From assembly GCA_050290865.1 (NCBI GenBank), contig JBNKIW010000004.1, forward strand, positions 147,916 through 211,915: a stretch of DNA of 64,000 bases. Direction: 5' to 3'. Positions within the stretch are counted from its first letter, which is position 1. Each line of letters opens with the position of its first letter. Source of the stretch: Rhodomicrobiaceae bacterium (GTDB lineage: Bacteria; Pseudomonadota; Alphaproteobacteria; Rhizobiales; Rhodomicrobiaceae). Positions 10,621-21,877 of the stretch are shown here, piece after piece. The notes under the pieces were generated by a model. It saw only the letters and a list, made by a program, of their open reading frames with translations. It had not been told where the DNA came from and ran no database searches. Both the position numbers and the translations under genes were made by a program.

Positions 10621-10654
10621 AAAAAAATGCCCCGGCGCGGGGTTGGCCGGGGCA
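10621..10654 (-). terminator. Rho-independent terminator downstream of lutC (minus strand)
   Basis: 9-bp stem TGCCCCGGC/GCCGGGGCA with a 9-nt loop. On the minus strand it is followed by T7 (the A7 run at 10621-10627 on the plus strand). Confidence 0.6.
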
Positions 10655-10941
10655 TTTCAAAGAGGGCGTTCACGGAAACCCGCGAACGCAACAATGTTCG
10701 TTCAGCGTCATGGCGGATTTGTGACATTGAGCACCGGCCAGGAGAAAGATTCGCTGCCCTTTTCAAGTTGTTGCTGCGGTTATCAACAGATGGAGATACG
10801 ATCGTCATCGGGCTCTTAGCTAATCTTGGTGGTGCGGAAGGAATAGGACTACAAGCTATAGTGTTTCCGGTCGTTATTGCGCAGCGTCGGAGCAACATGA
10901 GTGGATAAGTTTTTGCAACGGCTGCGGTAACAGTTGTTCCC

Positions 10942-11624
10942 TCAAGGCGAAAATAGAACCATCAGCCGCCGCGGTCCATGGGCGCCGCGTACGATTTTCT
11001 GCTCGATGTCGGCTGTACAAGATGAACCGCTGACGAGATTTACCGAGCGAGGCAGTATTCCGTATCTGTGAACTGCGCGGAGCCGCTGCCAAGCCTCCTC
11101 ATATGACCCGACAATATCGTCCGCCAGCAGAATTACTATATGCGTCTCGGGAAGGAAATTGAGCGTCGAGGGATTGTCCTCGCCGGAGACGAGAAACAGC
11201 GTGCCGGTTTCGGCAGCCCCGGCCACCGCCCGGCTCAGCGACACCTCGTCGGCGGGTCTTGCAGGGCCCGTCTGCCGCGCGACCAGGGTTCCCTCCCAGG
11301 GCAACGCGGCGATCACCGCGTCCTCGCCGTGACGCAGCCGTGGCGGCAGATTGTGCTCCGCCAGGAGGGCGGCGATCGCCTGGGGTAGCTCATCGCGTGA
11401 CGCCACTTCGGCGGTGATCGCACTCTGCGCCTCCAGCGAGGCGCGAAACTGCCCGATCATCTCCGCTTGGGGCAAACGCGCCCGCGCCGGAACGATGCCC
11501 TCCGGCGCCCGTTCGAGCCGCGCAAGCACCGCCCCGCGCCGCCCCGGCTCGTCGCCGCGCGTGCCCAACGCCGCGCGTACGCGTCCCAGAACCGCCTCGC
11601 GTCCCTCTCCGCCGTTCGCGCTCA
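10942..11624 (-). CDS. lutC: Lactate utilisation protein C (LUD/DUF162 domain)
   Basis: MSANGGEGREAVLGRVRAAL... 227 aa LutC-like protein. The start ATG overlaps the lutB stop (ATGA). Confidence 0.8.
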
Positions 11625-13068
11625 TCGTCCGATCTCCAGCTCGCGCTGCCGCCGTTTGAGTTCGGCTTTCCACTTGGTCTGAAAGGTGCGCCCCAGCGGC
11701 GCGGGCAGGTCCCGGTGTTTCAACCATGCGCCCGCGCCCGGCAGCCAGCGGAAAGACCCGCGCGGTTTCGCCCATTCGCTCAGCACACCCGCCGTTGCTT
11801 TCATGAGGAAATGATACAGCCCCGGCCGCCGCGCCAGGAACGCCCACGCCCTGAGCGCGGCGCGCTGCATCCACGAGTTCGCACCCGTGGCGAATTCGCG
11901 CTCGCGCCAGTGCCGCATCATCTTCGGGAGCGGGATGCTCATCGGGCACACCGCCTCGCATCGCCCGCAAAAGGACGACGCGTTGGGCAGGTGCCCGGCC
12001 TCGTTCACGCCAATGAGCTGCGGCGTCAGCACCGCGCCCATCGGACCGGGATAGACCCAGCCATAGGCATGTCCGCCCACCGCGCCATATACGGGGCAAT
12101 GATTCATGCACGCCCCGCAGCGGATGCAGCGCAGCATGTCGCGAAAATCCGAGCCGAGCATTTCGGAACGGCCATTATCGACGAGCACGATATGATACGC
12201 CTGCGGGCCGTCCGGGTCCCCCTCGCGCCGCGGGCCGGTGGAGAAGGTGTTGTACATCGTCATCGCCTGGCCGGTCGCCGAACGCGCCAGCACGCGCAGA
12301 ATGGCGCTGGCGTCCGCGAGCGTCGGTACGATTTTCTCGATGCTCGCAATGACGATATGCACGCGCGGCAAAAGCTGCGTCAGGTCGCCATTGCCCTCGT
12401 TGGTGACGATGACCGAGCTGCCGGTCTCGGCGACGAGGAAATTGGCGCCGGTGATACCGACATCGGCGGCAATGAACTTGCGGCGCAGCACCGCGCGCGC
12501 CTCCGACACGAGCTTCACCGGCTCGTCGAGGTTACGGCTGGGCGCCAGATCCTTGTGCACGCGGCGGAAATCCGCTTCGACCTGATCGCGGTTGAGATGG
12601 AAGGCCGGGGCGATGATATGGCTCGGCGGCTCGTTGCGGATCTGAATGATGTATTCGCCGAGATCGGTCTCCGCCGCCTCCAGGCCCGCCGCCTCCAGCG
12701 CGCTGTTGAGCGCGATTTCTTCGGCGACCATCGACTTGCCTTTGGTGACGAGCTTCGCGTCCGCCTCCCGGCAGATGTTCACGACAACCGAGCGCGCCTC
12801 TTCCGCCGTGGCCGCCCAATGCACGTGGCCACCCGACTCGATGACCTTTTCTTCATAAGCCTCGAGATAGAGATCGAGATGCGCGAGCGCGTGGTTCTTG
12901 ATGTCCCTGGCCTGTGCGCACAGCGCGTCGAATTCCGGCAGCGCCTCGCGGGCGGCGGCGCGCTTGGTGATGAAGCCCGGTCCGGCATTCGCGAGCGCAC
13001 GCTGGAGCTGCGCATCCGCCAGGGCGGCGGTGGCGTTCTTCTTGAAGGCGCGGGAGGTTGGCTGCAAG
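11622..13068 (-). CDS. lutB: Lactate utilisation protein B (iron-sulfur cluster-binding, LUD domain + 2x4Fe-4S)
   Basis: Collinear with B. subtilis LutB from (L)QPTSRAFKKNATAAL to the end. Contains CIRCGACMNHCPVY and CGRCEAVCP ferredoxin motifs. Probable TTG start at 13068. The 213-aa upstream in-frame extension in the ORF table is Arg/Pro-rich junk and overlaps a better gene on the opposite strand. Confidence 0.8.
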
Positions 13069-13253
13069 GTGTGTTCCCGGTTGGCGGCGGTGGCGAGGAT
13101 TAAGGCAAACCATAGCCCGCGCGATGTTCTGCGGCAAGGCGGCGGGGAGCGCCGGCCTATAGCCCATTCGGGGGATGGCGCCGGGAGAGCATGCGTTCGA
13201 TGCCGTGGCATACCAAACTCTGCCCACCGAGTAATGGACGGGAGAAACTGCAC

Positions 13254-13742
13254 ATGTCCTGGAATGATTTTTCTTTTTTCAAAGATCTGCAGCCGCAGGA
13301 ATTTTTCGTCCTGTTCGCCGCCGTTTTCGTCGCGTTCTGGTGTGCGCTCTGCGCCCTCATCGCCCGTTTGAGCGGCTGGGCGACGCTGGCGCAGCGGTAC
13401 CGGTTTTCGGATACCTTCCACGGGCGCAAATGGCGTTTTCGCAGCGCGATTTTCGGTTCTTCGGGCAGCTATGGCGGCGTGTTGACGGTAGGCGCCGACA
13501 GCCAGGGGCTTTACCTCGCGGTGATGCCGCTGTTCCGTGTGGGCCATCCGCCGCTTTTCATCCCATGGCAGGATGTCGGCAAAATCGTCTCGGAGGATGT
13601 CCGGAATTCTACGCGTCGGTGGTACAGATCCTCCGACACGCCGCTCGAACTCGGGAGCGAACATCTTGTGAGAGTGACCTTTCAAGACAATATGGTTGCC
13701 CAACTGGAGGCGGAAGCGGGCCGCGAGATCCGCTCTGCCTGA
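13254..13742 (+). CDS. Hypothetical small membrane protein
   Basis: 163-aa ORF with SD GGGAGA 8 nt upstream of ATG 13254 and an N-terminal TM helix FFVLFAAVFVAFWCALCALIA. Sensible composition, unlike the overlapping antisense extension of lutB. Confidence 0.55.
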   Translation: MSWNDFSFFKDLQPQEFFVLFAAVFVAFWCALCALIARLSGWATLAQRYRFSDTFHGRKWRFRSAIFGSSGSYGGVLTVGADSQGLYLAVMPLFRVGHPPLFIPWQDVGKIVSEDVRNSTRRWYRSSDTPLELGSEHLVRVTFQDNMVAQLEAEAGREIRSA

Positions 13743-13916
13743 CCCCTCGCCGGGTCCGGGCTTTTCGCCGGTCCGTCAGGAGCGTGCCCCATCTTATGGC
13801 GCCCTTAACCCGTGGATGTGTAAACAAAACACAACTGCCACGGGTGTACCGGAAAATGGTCGCAGCATCGATGCGATACGGCTCCGCCGCGTTTGCCTTG
13901 TGTGCTAAGGAGAGGT

Positions 13917-13950
13917 GTATTTGCAATTGCAAATTATTTGCAATTTTGTT
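13917..13950. promoter_or_regulatory. Mur/Fur-type operator (perfect 12-bp palindrome TTGCAATTGCAA plus adjacent TTTGCAATTTT half-site) in the mntH promoter
   Basis: TTGCAATTGCAA at 13921-13932 is its own reverse complement. A second TTTGCAATTTT lies 6 bp downstream, about 55 bp upstream of the mntH ATG, in an AT-rich island. This resembles the TGCAATT-type Mur-responsive sequences of alphaproteobacteria. Confidence 0.5.
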
Positions 13951-14002
13951 AGCGTCTTGAGAGTCCGTATCCGCAACATCTGCGCGTTTTCGGGGTGAGA
14001 CG

Positions 14003-15316
<1,314 letters not shown>

Positions 15317-15424
15317 GGCGCGGAAAGCCTCCTTTAACGCGGCCATGAAACTATGGCGCGGTGTTCGCGGCGGCCCCTCCCCCGCGCGCGGCCATCCAGG
15401 AACGGCGTTCAGGGACGCAAGGCC

Positions 15425-16108
15425 ATGCTCAAGATCCGCGACGTCAGTATTCCGCCCGTGGGGCTGCCGGGCATCCTCCGGCTTCCCGAGCGTCCCGCCG
15501 GTCTCGTGCTCTTCGCGCATGGCAGCGGGTCGAGCCGCCTCAGCCCCCGGAACACCGCGGTGGCAGGCGCGATGAACGGCAGCGGCATCGCCACACTACT
15601 GTTCGACCTCCTGACCGAGGACGAGGACGCGGACCGGGAGAACGTCTTCAACATCCCGCTGCTGGCGCGCCGCCTGACCGACGCGGTCAACTGGGTCGGC
15701 GAAGATGCGGGCCTGCGCGACATGCCGCTCGGGCTTTTCGGCGCTTCGACCGGAGCCGCCGCGGCTCTGGTGGCCGCGGCCCGGCTGGGTGGACGCGTCG
15801 CTGCCGTCGTCTCGCGCGGCGGCCGTCCCGACCTCGCTGGCGAAATACTCGATCAGATCACCACGCCGACGCTGCTGATCGTCGGCGGCGCCGATCTGGG
15901 GGTCATGGACCTCAACGAACTGGCCTACGCTCATCTCGCCGGTCCGAAAGGCATCGAAATCGTCCCCGGCGCCACCCATCTTTTCCCTGAGCCCGGCGCG
16001 CTCGAAGCCGTCACCGGGCATGCCATCAAGTGGTTCGAGCATCACTTCGAAGCGGCGGTACGGCAGCAACGGCCCTTGCGCCGCCAAGCCAGGAGAGCAG
16101 CGCGATGA
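15425..16108 (+). CDS. Dienelactone hydrolase-family alpha/beta hydrolase
   Basis: LVLFAHGSGSS and GASTGAAAAL (nucleophile elbow G-x-S-x-G) motifs with a catalytic His near the C-terminus (PGATHLF). The stop overlaps the start of the next gene (ATGA). Confidence 0.7.
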   Translation: MLKIRDVSIPPVGLPGILRLPERPAGLVLFAHGSGSSRLSPRNTAVAGAMNGSGIATLLFDLLTEDEDADRENVFNIPLLARRLTDAVNWVGEDAGLRDMPLGLFGASTGAAAALVAAARLGGRVAAVVSRGGRPDLAGEILDQITTPTLLIVGGADLGVMDLNELAYAHLAGPKGIEIVPGATHLFPEPGALEAVTGHAIKWFEHHFEAAVRQQRPLRRQARRAAR

Positions 16109-16776
16109 AATTCAAGAACCGCTCCGAGGCCGGGCGCCTGCTTGCCGAACGCCTCGCCGAATACAAGAACCAGCATCCTGTCATCCTGGCGCTGCCGCGC
16201 GGCGGGGTGCCAGTAGCGGCGGAGATCGCCGAAGCCCTGCGCGCCCCGCTCGATCTTATCCTCGTGCGCAAGGTCGGTGTGCCCTGGCATGCCGAGCTGG
16301 CCATGGGCGCGGTGGTGGACGGCGGCGCGCCGATCATTGTCCGCAACGAGGACGTGATGGCGATGACGGGCACCACCAAGGCTGATTTCGAACGGGTCTG
16401 CGCGGAGGAGCTGGAGGAGATCGAGCGGCGGCGGAAACGCTATCTCGGCGGCCGGGCACGCGCGGAGATCGCCGGACATGTGGCCATCGTGGTTGATGAT
16501 GGCATCGCGACCGGTGCCACCATGCGGGCCGCGCTCAGGGCGACCCGGCGGCGCAATCCGGCAAAGCTCGTACTCGCGGTCCCCGTCGGGCCGGCCGGTA
16601 CCATGGCGGAACTGGGCGCGGAGGCCGATGAGGTCATTTGCATCGATGAACGCAGTTTTCTCGGCGCGATCGGCCTGCATTACGACGATTTCCGGCAGAT
16701 CGGCGACGACGAGGTCATCGACCTGCTCGCCCGCTTTTCCGCGGTGAAAATGGCCGCAAAAGCACCCGCGGCGTGA
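16105..16776 (+). CDS. Phosphoribosyltransferase-domain protein (type I PRTase fold)
   Basis: PRPP-binding motif HVAIVVDDGIATGATMRAAL. SD AGGAGA 8 nt upstream. Translationally coupled to the hydrolase gene. Confidence 0.7.
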   Translation: MKFKNRSEAGRLLAERLAEYKNQHPVILALPRGGVPVAAEIAEALRAPLDLILVRKVGVPWHAELAMGAVVDGGAPIIVRNEDVMAMTGTTKADFERVCAEELEEIERRRKRYLGGRARAEIAGHVAIVVDDGIATGATMRAALRATRRRNPAKLVLAVPVGPAGTMAELGAEADEVICIDERSFLGAIGLHYDDFRQIGDDEVIDLLARFSAVKMAAKAPAA

Positions 16777-17000
16777 ACCGCGCCGCTGCCGCCTCATCCG
16801 ACAGGAAGGAAACGGGCGTCCGTCCGCAACGATCTTTGCCGGGCACTCAGCACCGCCTGAAACATTATGAAATCTTCCTAAAAAGTAGTCTCCCCGCGGC
16901 ATTAAGCAAACATCAAGCCGCCACAACGACTTTAGAGTTATGTTAAGAAGGCAGGGCGTAACCTGCCGTTCAGGCACACCACTATTGTTAGAGTACACTT

Positions 17001-19340
17001 GTGAAAAAGCCTTGGCTGATCGCCATCGCGATCGTCCTGAGTTTTGGCGCTATCACGCTGGCGGGGATTCATCTTCTGCGGCAGTCCACCGACAAGGTCA
17101 TCCGTGAGCAGGCCGAGATGACGGCCCAGCGTTGGGCGGAGGACCTCGCCACCAAGCTCCCGCGCCTCGACGACATTGCCTCAGGACGCGACCTGCTTGC
17201 CAACGAGAAGGCTTATCTTGCCCTGGTCCGCAGGGTCGGCGATGTGTTCCGCTTCAAGCTGTTTGACCCGCGCGGGCGCTTGCGGCTCATTTCCGATGAT
17301 TTCGACGTCAATGAGATAACCAAGGTCCAGCCCGGCCCGGGGCAGAAGGGCAGCGAATTCGACGTAGCGGAGCCGCAGTTCTCCAACCCGAAGGCCAAGT
17401 CGGTTTTTCTCACCGGAGAGCCCTACACGACCGTGCACGATGGCACCGCGAAGGAGGACCGGCCCTCCGTCTATGCGGAGAGCTACGTCCCCGTGATGCG
17501 CGACGGCAAGCGCATCGCCGTCATGGAAGTCTATGTCGATCAGACCGGAGACGCCGCGATCATCAGAGCGGGACAGCTCACTTTCGCCACGAAGATCGCG
17601 GGGCTGACCATACTCACCCTCGGCATACCGGTTTTCGCGCTCATCTTCGCCCTGCGGCAGTTGCGCCAGCAGAACGCGGTGCTCGAAGTGGAACGCAACC
17701 GTGCGCTCAAAGCCGAGCGGGCCAAGGCGGAATTCCTCGCCAATATGAGCCATGAAGTCCGCACGCCCATGAACGGCGTACTGGGCATGACGGGCCTTCT
17801 GCTGCAGACGCCTCTCGAAGATGGGCAGCGGCAACTGGCGGAAACGATCCAGAAATCGGGCGAGACACTCCTCACCGTCTTGAACGACATCCTCGATTTC
17901 TCCAAGATCGAGGCGGGCAAGCTCCATCTCGAAGTGACGGGCTTCGAGGTCGTGCCGATGCTCGACAGCACGGCGGAGCTTCTGGCGCCCCAGGCGCACG
18001 CCAAGAACCTGGAGGTGCCCACTTATGTGGCTCCGGACGTTCCCAAGCGCCTGCGCGGCGACGAGGGCCGCATCCGGCAGATCCTCATCAATCTCATCAA
18101 CAATGCGATCAAGTTCACCAACACCGGCGGCGTTCGCGTCGAGGTCTCGGTCAGCGTGAGCGAGAACGGCCCGGACTATACCGTTCTGCGTTTCGACGTC
18201 GTGGATACCGGCTGCGGCATTCCAGAAGATTTCCGCGAATATCTGTTCGACAAGTTCACGCAGGCCGATGCGTCGGCCACGCGGCGGCACGGTGGCGCCG
18301 GGCTGGGCCTTGCTATCTGCAAGCAGCTTGTCACGCTGATGAACGGCCGGATTGGCGTCGAAAGCCGCGAAGGCCACGGCTCGCATTTCTGGTTCACCGT
18401 GAGGCTGGAACGCGACATGGGCTCGGAAACGAGTTGGACGGCGGGCGCCATTGCCTCGCTCGACGGGCGCAAGATCCTGGTGGTGGACGACAACGAGGTG
18501 AACCGGCTCGTCTTCGAAAAGCAGCTTGCTGCGCTCGGGGTGAGGGTGTCGGTCGCCGCCGGCGCTGAAACCGCCATGGAGAAGCTGCGGCACGCGGTGG
18601 AGGCGGGTGAGGCGTTCGACGCGGTCATCATGGACCACCTGATGCCCGGCACGGACGGGCTGGAGTTGTGCGCCATGATCCGCAGCGAGCCCTGGCAGCT
18701 CGCATCCAAGCTCGTGCTTTCCTCGTCCTCGGGAAGGGTCAACTCCAATGCGACGGCCAAGAAATACGGCTTCGACGCCGCGCTTCCCAAGCCGGTGCGG
18801 CCGGGTGTGCTGTTGAACACGCTGGGCAGGCTGTTTTCCGGGACGGAGGTGGTCGCTGCGGCTGCGGAACGTTGCGTGCATCCGGCGCAGGCCGGAACCG
18901 CGGGCGCCGGCGCCGTCAAGCCGCTGCGGATCCTCGTGGCCGAGGACAACCCGATCAATCAGCTGCTCATGCTCACAATCCTGAAGAGCTGCGGCTACCA
19001 GGCCGATGCGGTCGGCAACGGGTATGAAGCCGTCGAATCGGTGCGCAGCATGCCATATGACATCATCATCATGGATGTGCAGATGCCGGAGATGGGCGGC
19101 ATGGAGGCGACGCGTCTGATCCGGCAACTGAACGACGAGGCGGCGAATATCCCGATCATCGCGGCCACCGCGCATGCGCTCCACGGCGACCGCGAGCGCT
19201 TTCTGGCGGCGGGCATGACCGACTATATCTCCAAGCCGATCGACAAGGATGAACTCCTGGAAAAGATCGCCCACTGGACTGTCGGGAAACAGGAGAAGTT
19301 TCGCGCGGCCTGCGCCGACGCGCACAATTGGTGCATTTGA
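17001..19340 (+). CDS. Hybrid sensor histidine kinase / response regulator (periplasmic sensor domain, HisKA, HATPase_c, two receiver domains)
   Basis: GTG start. Two TM helices flank a ~165-aa periplasmic domain. H-box MSHEVRTPMNGVLGMTGLL, then N, G1, G2 boxes. Two REC domains, each with the DD...D...T...K signature (VIMDHLMPG; IIMDVQMPE). Confidence 0.85.
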   Translation: MKKPWLIAIAIVLSFGAITLAGIHLLRQSTDKVIREQAEMTAQRWAEDLATKLPRLDDIASGRDLLANEKAYLALVRRVGDVFRFKLFDPRGRLRLISDDFDVNEITKVQPGPGQKGSEFDVAEPQFSNPKAKSVFLTGEPYTTVHDGTAKEDRPSVYAESYVPVMRDGKRIAVMEVYVDQTGDAAIIRAGQLTFATKIAGLTILTLGIPVFALIFALRQLRQQNAVLEVERNRALKAERAKAEFLANMSHEVRTPMNGVLGMTGLLLQTPLEDGQRQLAETIQKSGETLLTVLNDILDFSKIEAGKLHLEVTGFEVVPMLDSTAELLAPQAHAKNLEVPTYVAPDVPKRLRGDEGRIRQILINLINNAIKFTNTGGVRVEVSVSVSENGPDYTVLRFDVVDTGCGIPEDFREYLFDKFTQADASATRRHGGAGLGLAICKQLVTLMNGRIGVESREGHGSHFWFTVRLERDMGSETSWTAGAIASLDGRKILVVDDNEVNRLVFEKQLAALGVRVSVAAGAETAMEKLRHAVEAGEAFDAVIMDHLMPGTDGLELCAMIRSEPWQLASKLVLSSSSGRVNSNATAKKYGFDAALPKPVRPGVLLNTLGRLFSGTEVVAAAAERCVHPAQAGTAGAGAVKPLRILVAEDNPINQLLMLTILKSCGYQADAVGNGYEAVESVRSMPYDIIIMDVQMPEMGGMEATRLIRQLNDEAANIPIIAATAHALHGDRERFLAAGMTDYISKPIDKDELLEKIAHWTVGKQEKFRAACADAHNWCI

Positions 19341-19672
19341 GGGTGGTTTCGCCGAATCAGTCGCCGCCACCGGGCGGCTTGCGGGTGAGAAACATGCCAT
19401 GCCGGTGCGTACCGATCGCCGCAAATGCCAGCCTCGCGCAAGGCTGATAACGAAGTTTAGCGACCATTGCCTTGCAGGCGGGATGCGAATTGATCTCGAC
19501 GCTCGCAGCCGGCGCTGGCATGGTATATTATACGGCACGTATCGGCGGCGCTGGAGAAGCAGGCAGTTGGGCCTGGACAGAGCAGAGATTTCGCGGGGCA
19601 GATATCATATGATGTTACCGGAACAGCGGTCCGTCAGACCTCACGGCCGGCGCGCCACCGGGGACTGATCAC

Positions 19673-20608
19673 ATGTTGGCGAAGCTTTTGGGGTTGTTTC
19701 GCAAGATGCAGGACGTTGAAGCTCAGTCGATCGAAGCCGAGCTGAGCCCGCCTTTCGCGATCCAGAAGCCCGCCAGCGGGCTGGCGCCGTTCGTCTTCAA
19801 TTCTCCGCATAGCGGCAGAACCTATCCGGCCGCATTCCTCGAGGCCTCGCGGCTCACCGCAGCGGCGCTGCGCAAATCGGAGGATGCCTATGTGGATCTG
19901 CTCCTGGCGGGTGTTGTGGATATCGGCGCCACGCTGATGCACGCGCATTTTCCGCGCGCCTATCTGGACCTCAACCGCGAACCTTACGAACTCGACCCCG
20001 CACTGTTTTCGGGGACTCTGCCGGACTACGCCAACACGCACTCTCTGCGCGTCGTCGGCGGTCTCGGCACGATCGCGCGCGTCGTGAACGAGCAGGAGGA
20101 GATCTATCGCGGGCAGATCCCCGTGAGTGCCGCGCTGGAGCGCATCAACCGGCTCTACAAGCCCTATCACGCCGCCCTGTCCGGTCTTCTGGCCGAGGCG
20201 TGCCAGCAGTTCGGTTATGCGGTGCTGATCGACTGCCACTCGATGCCGTCCTATCAGGGTGACCGCAGCAACATCCAGAAAGCCGATTTCGTGCTGGGCG
20301 ACCGCTTCGGCACATCCTGTCCGCGCGAAATGGTGCGGACCATCGAGCGTTTCCTCGGTGGCCTGGGCTACAAGGTGACGCTCAACAAGCCCTACGCCGG
20401 AGGCTACATCACCGAGCATTACGGTAATCCGGCCGAGGGCGTCCATGCCCTGCAGATCGAGATCAATCGCGCGCTGTACATGGATGAGGATACGCTGGCG
20501 CTGCGCCGCGATTTCCGCAATCTGCGCGAGACTCTCACCGGCCTTGCGGGGTGTATCGTGCAGACGCTGCCCGACTATCTGGCGCCGCGCCGCGCTGCCG
20601 CAGAATAG
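19673..20608 (+). CDS. N-formylglutamate amidohydrolase-family protein (HutG-like)
   Basis: 311 aa, FGase family. FVFNSPHSGR and LIDCHSMPS motifs typical of N-formylglutamate amidohydrolase. Confidence 0.7.
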   Translation: MLAKLLGLFRKMQDVEAQSIEAELSPPFAIQKPASGLAPFVFNSPHSGRTYPAAFLEASRLTAAALRKSEDAYVDLLLAGVVDIGATLMHAHFPRAYLDLNREPYELDPALFSGTLPDYANTHSLRVVGGLGTIARVVNEQEEIYRGQIPVSAALERINRLYKPYHAALSGLLAEACQQFGYAVLIDCHSMPSYQGDRSNIQKADFVLGDRFGTSCPREMVRTIERFLGGLGYKVTLNKPYAGGYITEHYGNPAEGVHALQIEINRALYMDEDTLALRRDFRNLRETLTGLAGCIVQTLPDYLAPRRAAAE

Positions 20609-20655
20609 CCTATCAGCCGGGGTCGGGGGCCGGGCGCCCGCTAAGACAGATGCCC

Positions 20656-20692
20656 AAAAAAAAGAGGGGCCGTCCGAGGCTTCGAACGGCCC
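20656..20692 (-). terminator. Orphan intrinsic terminator on the minus strand (no annotated minus-strand gene upstream)
   Basis: 7-bp GC stem GGGCCGT/ACGGCCC with a 12-nt loop, followed on the minus strand by CTC + T8 (the A8 run at 20656-20663). On the plus strand it lacks a U-tract, so it is not the hutG-like gene's terminator. Confidence 0.5.
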
Positions 20693-20939
20693 AAGTCTAG
20701 GGAGGAAACGCCCAAGGAGGGCTGCGGCGAGGATCACGCTGTGACCCATACCGCACCGCAATATATGCCAGTGCGGCGCACAAAAATCAATAGGATAAAT
20801 GCGGGGAGCGACAATATGCGCGCCTCGTTGTATTTCAGCCACGTTGACGGTAAATCAAACGCCAACAGGCGGCGTTTCAGACATCAATATCGGCATCGCC
20901 GCTCAATATAACAGCGGCAAGATCGGGGAGAGATGCTTT

Positions 20940-21743
20940 ATGTCTTCTGACAGGTTAGTTGACACCACTCTCGTCGCCTTCACGCATAAGCTTGCCGACA
21001 GCGCGGGCCGCGTGATTCGCCCTTACTTCCGGCACGCTTTATCCATCGCCAACAAGGCGGAATTGAACCATTTCGACCCCGTCACGGAGGCGGATCGCGC
21101 CGCGGAAGAGGCGATGCGCGCGCTCATTCTGGCCGAATATCCGGCACACGGAATCTGCGGCGAGGAGCACGGCGACAAGCCCCCGGACGGGCCTTACCGA
21201 TGGGTGCTCGACCCGATCGACGGCACCCGCTCCTTCATTCTCGGCCTGCCGACCTGGGGGACCCTGATCGGCCTGACGCGCGACGGCGAGCCGGTTCTCG
21301 GCATGATGGACCAGCCCTGCGCCGGTGAGCGATTCTGGAGCGGCGGCGATGCCGCCTGTTTCCGCGACGCTTCGGGCAGCGAGCAGGTCATGCGCACGCG
21401 GGAATGCCCACAGCTCGCCGATGCGATCATGACCGCGACGACGCCCGAGATGTTCAAGGCGGGCGCCGAGAGCGGCAGCTTCTACGATCTCGCGGGGCGG
21501 GTGCGCATGATGCGATTCGGCGGCGACTGCTACCTCTACAGCCTCCTGGCGATGGGCTTCGTCGATCTGGTCGTGGAGGCGGACCTGAAAACCTTCGATA
21601 TCGTCGCGCTCATCCCCATCATTCGCGCCGCGGGCGGCGTCGTGACCTCCTGGGACGGCGGCGATCCGACCCCGGGCGGGCGCATCGTCGCGGCGGGCGA
21701 TCCTCGTCTGCATGCCCAAGCCCTGAAGGTGCTCGGCGGTTGA
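20940..21743 (+). CDS. hisN: Inositol monophosphatase-family protein, probable histidinol-phosphatase HisN
   Basis: IMPase fold motifs (DPIDGT, WVLDPIDGTRSF, GGDCY). In alphaproteobacteria this family member is HisN. SD GGGGAGAG upstream of ATG 20940. Confidence 0.75.
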   Translation: MSSDRLVDTTLVAFTHKLADSAGRVIRPYFRHALSIANKAELNHFDPVTEADRAAEEAMRALILAEYPAHGICGEEHGDKPPDGPYRWVLDPIDGTRSFILGLPTWGTLIGLTRDGEPVLGMMDQPCAGERFWSGGDAACFRDASGSEQVMRTRECPQLADAIMTATTPEMFKAGAESGSFYDLAGRVRMMRFGGDCYLYSLLAMGFVDLVVEADLKTFDIVALIPIIRAAGGVVTSWDGGDPTPGGRIVAAGDPRLHAQALKVLGG

Positions 21744-21877
21744 GCAGAGCGGTGCAGAACAGACCGGTTTTGCCGGGGGCTTTGACTTGCGGCTTCAGCC
21801 GTGCCGGTGTATTGAGCGAAGAATTCAGGATAGCGGAAGTCCGCAAATAACGTCTGCGCGACAGAAAAGTCGGATTC

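Noticed and set aside
10525-10908. 127-aa plus-strand and 126-aa minus-strand ORFs in the lutC-GT intergenic region
   Set aside because: They span the lutC intrinsic terminator hairpin and a low-GC segment; no RBS. More likely non-coding.
13069-13703. 213-aa N-terminal extension of the lutB ORF
   Set aside because: Arg/Pro-rich, no similarity to LutB N-termini, and it overlaps a better small membrane-protein gene on the plus strand (13254-13742) with a good RBS. The LutB alignment begins at the TTG at 13068.
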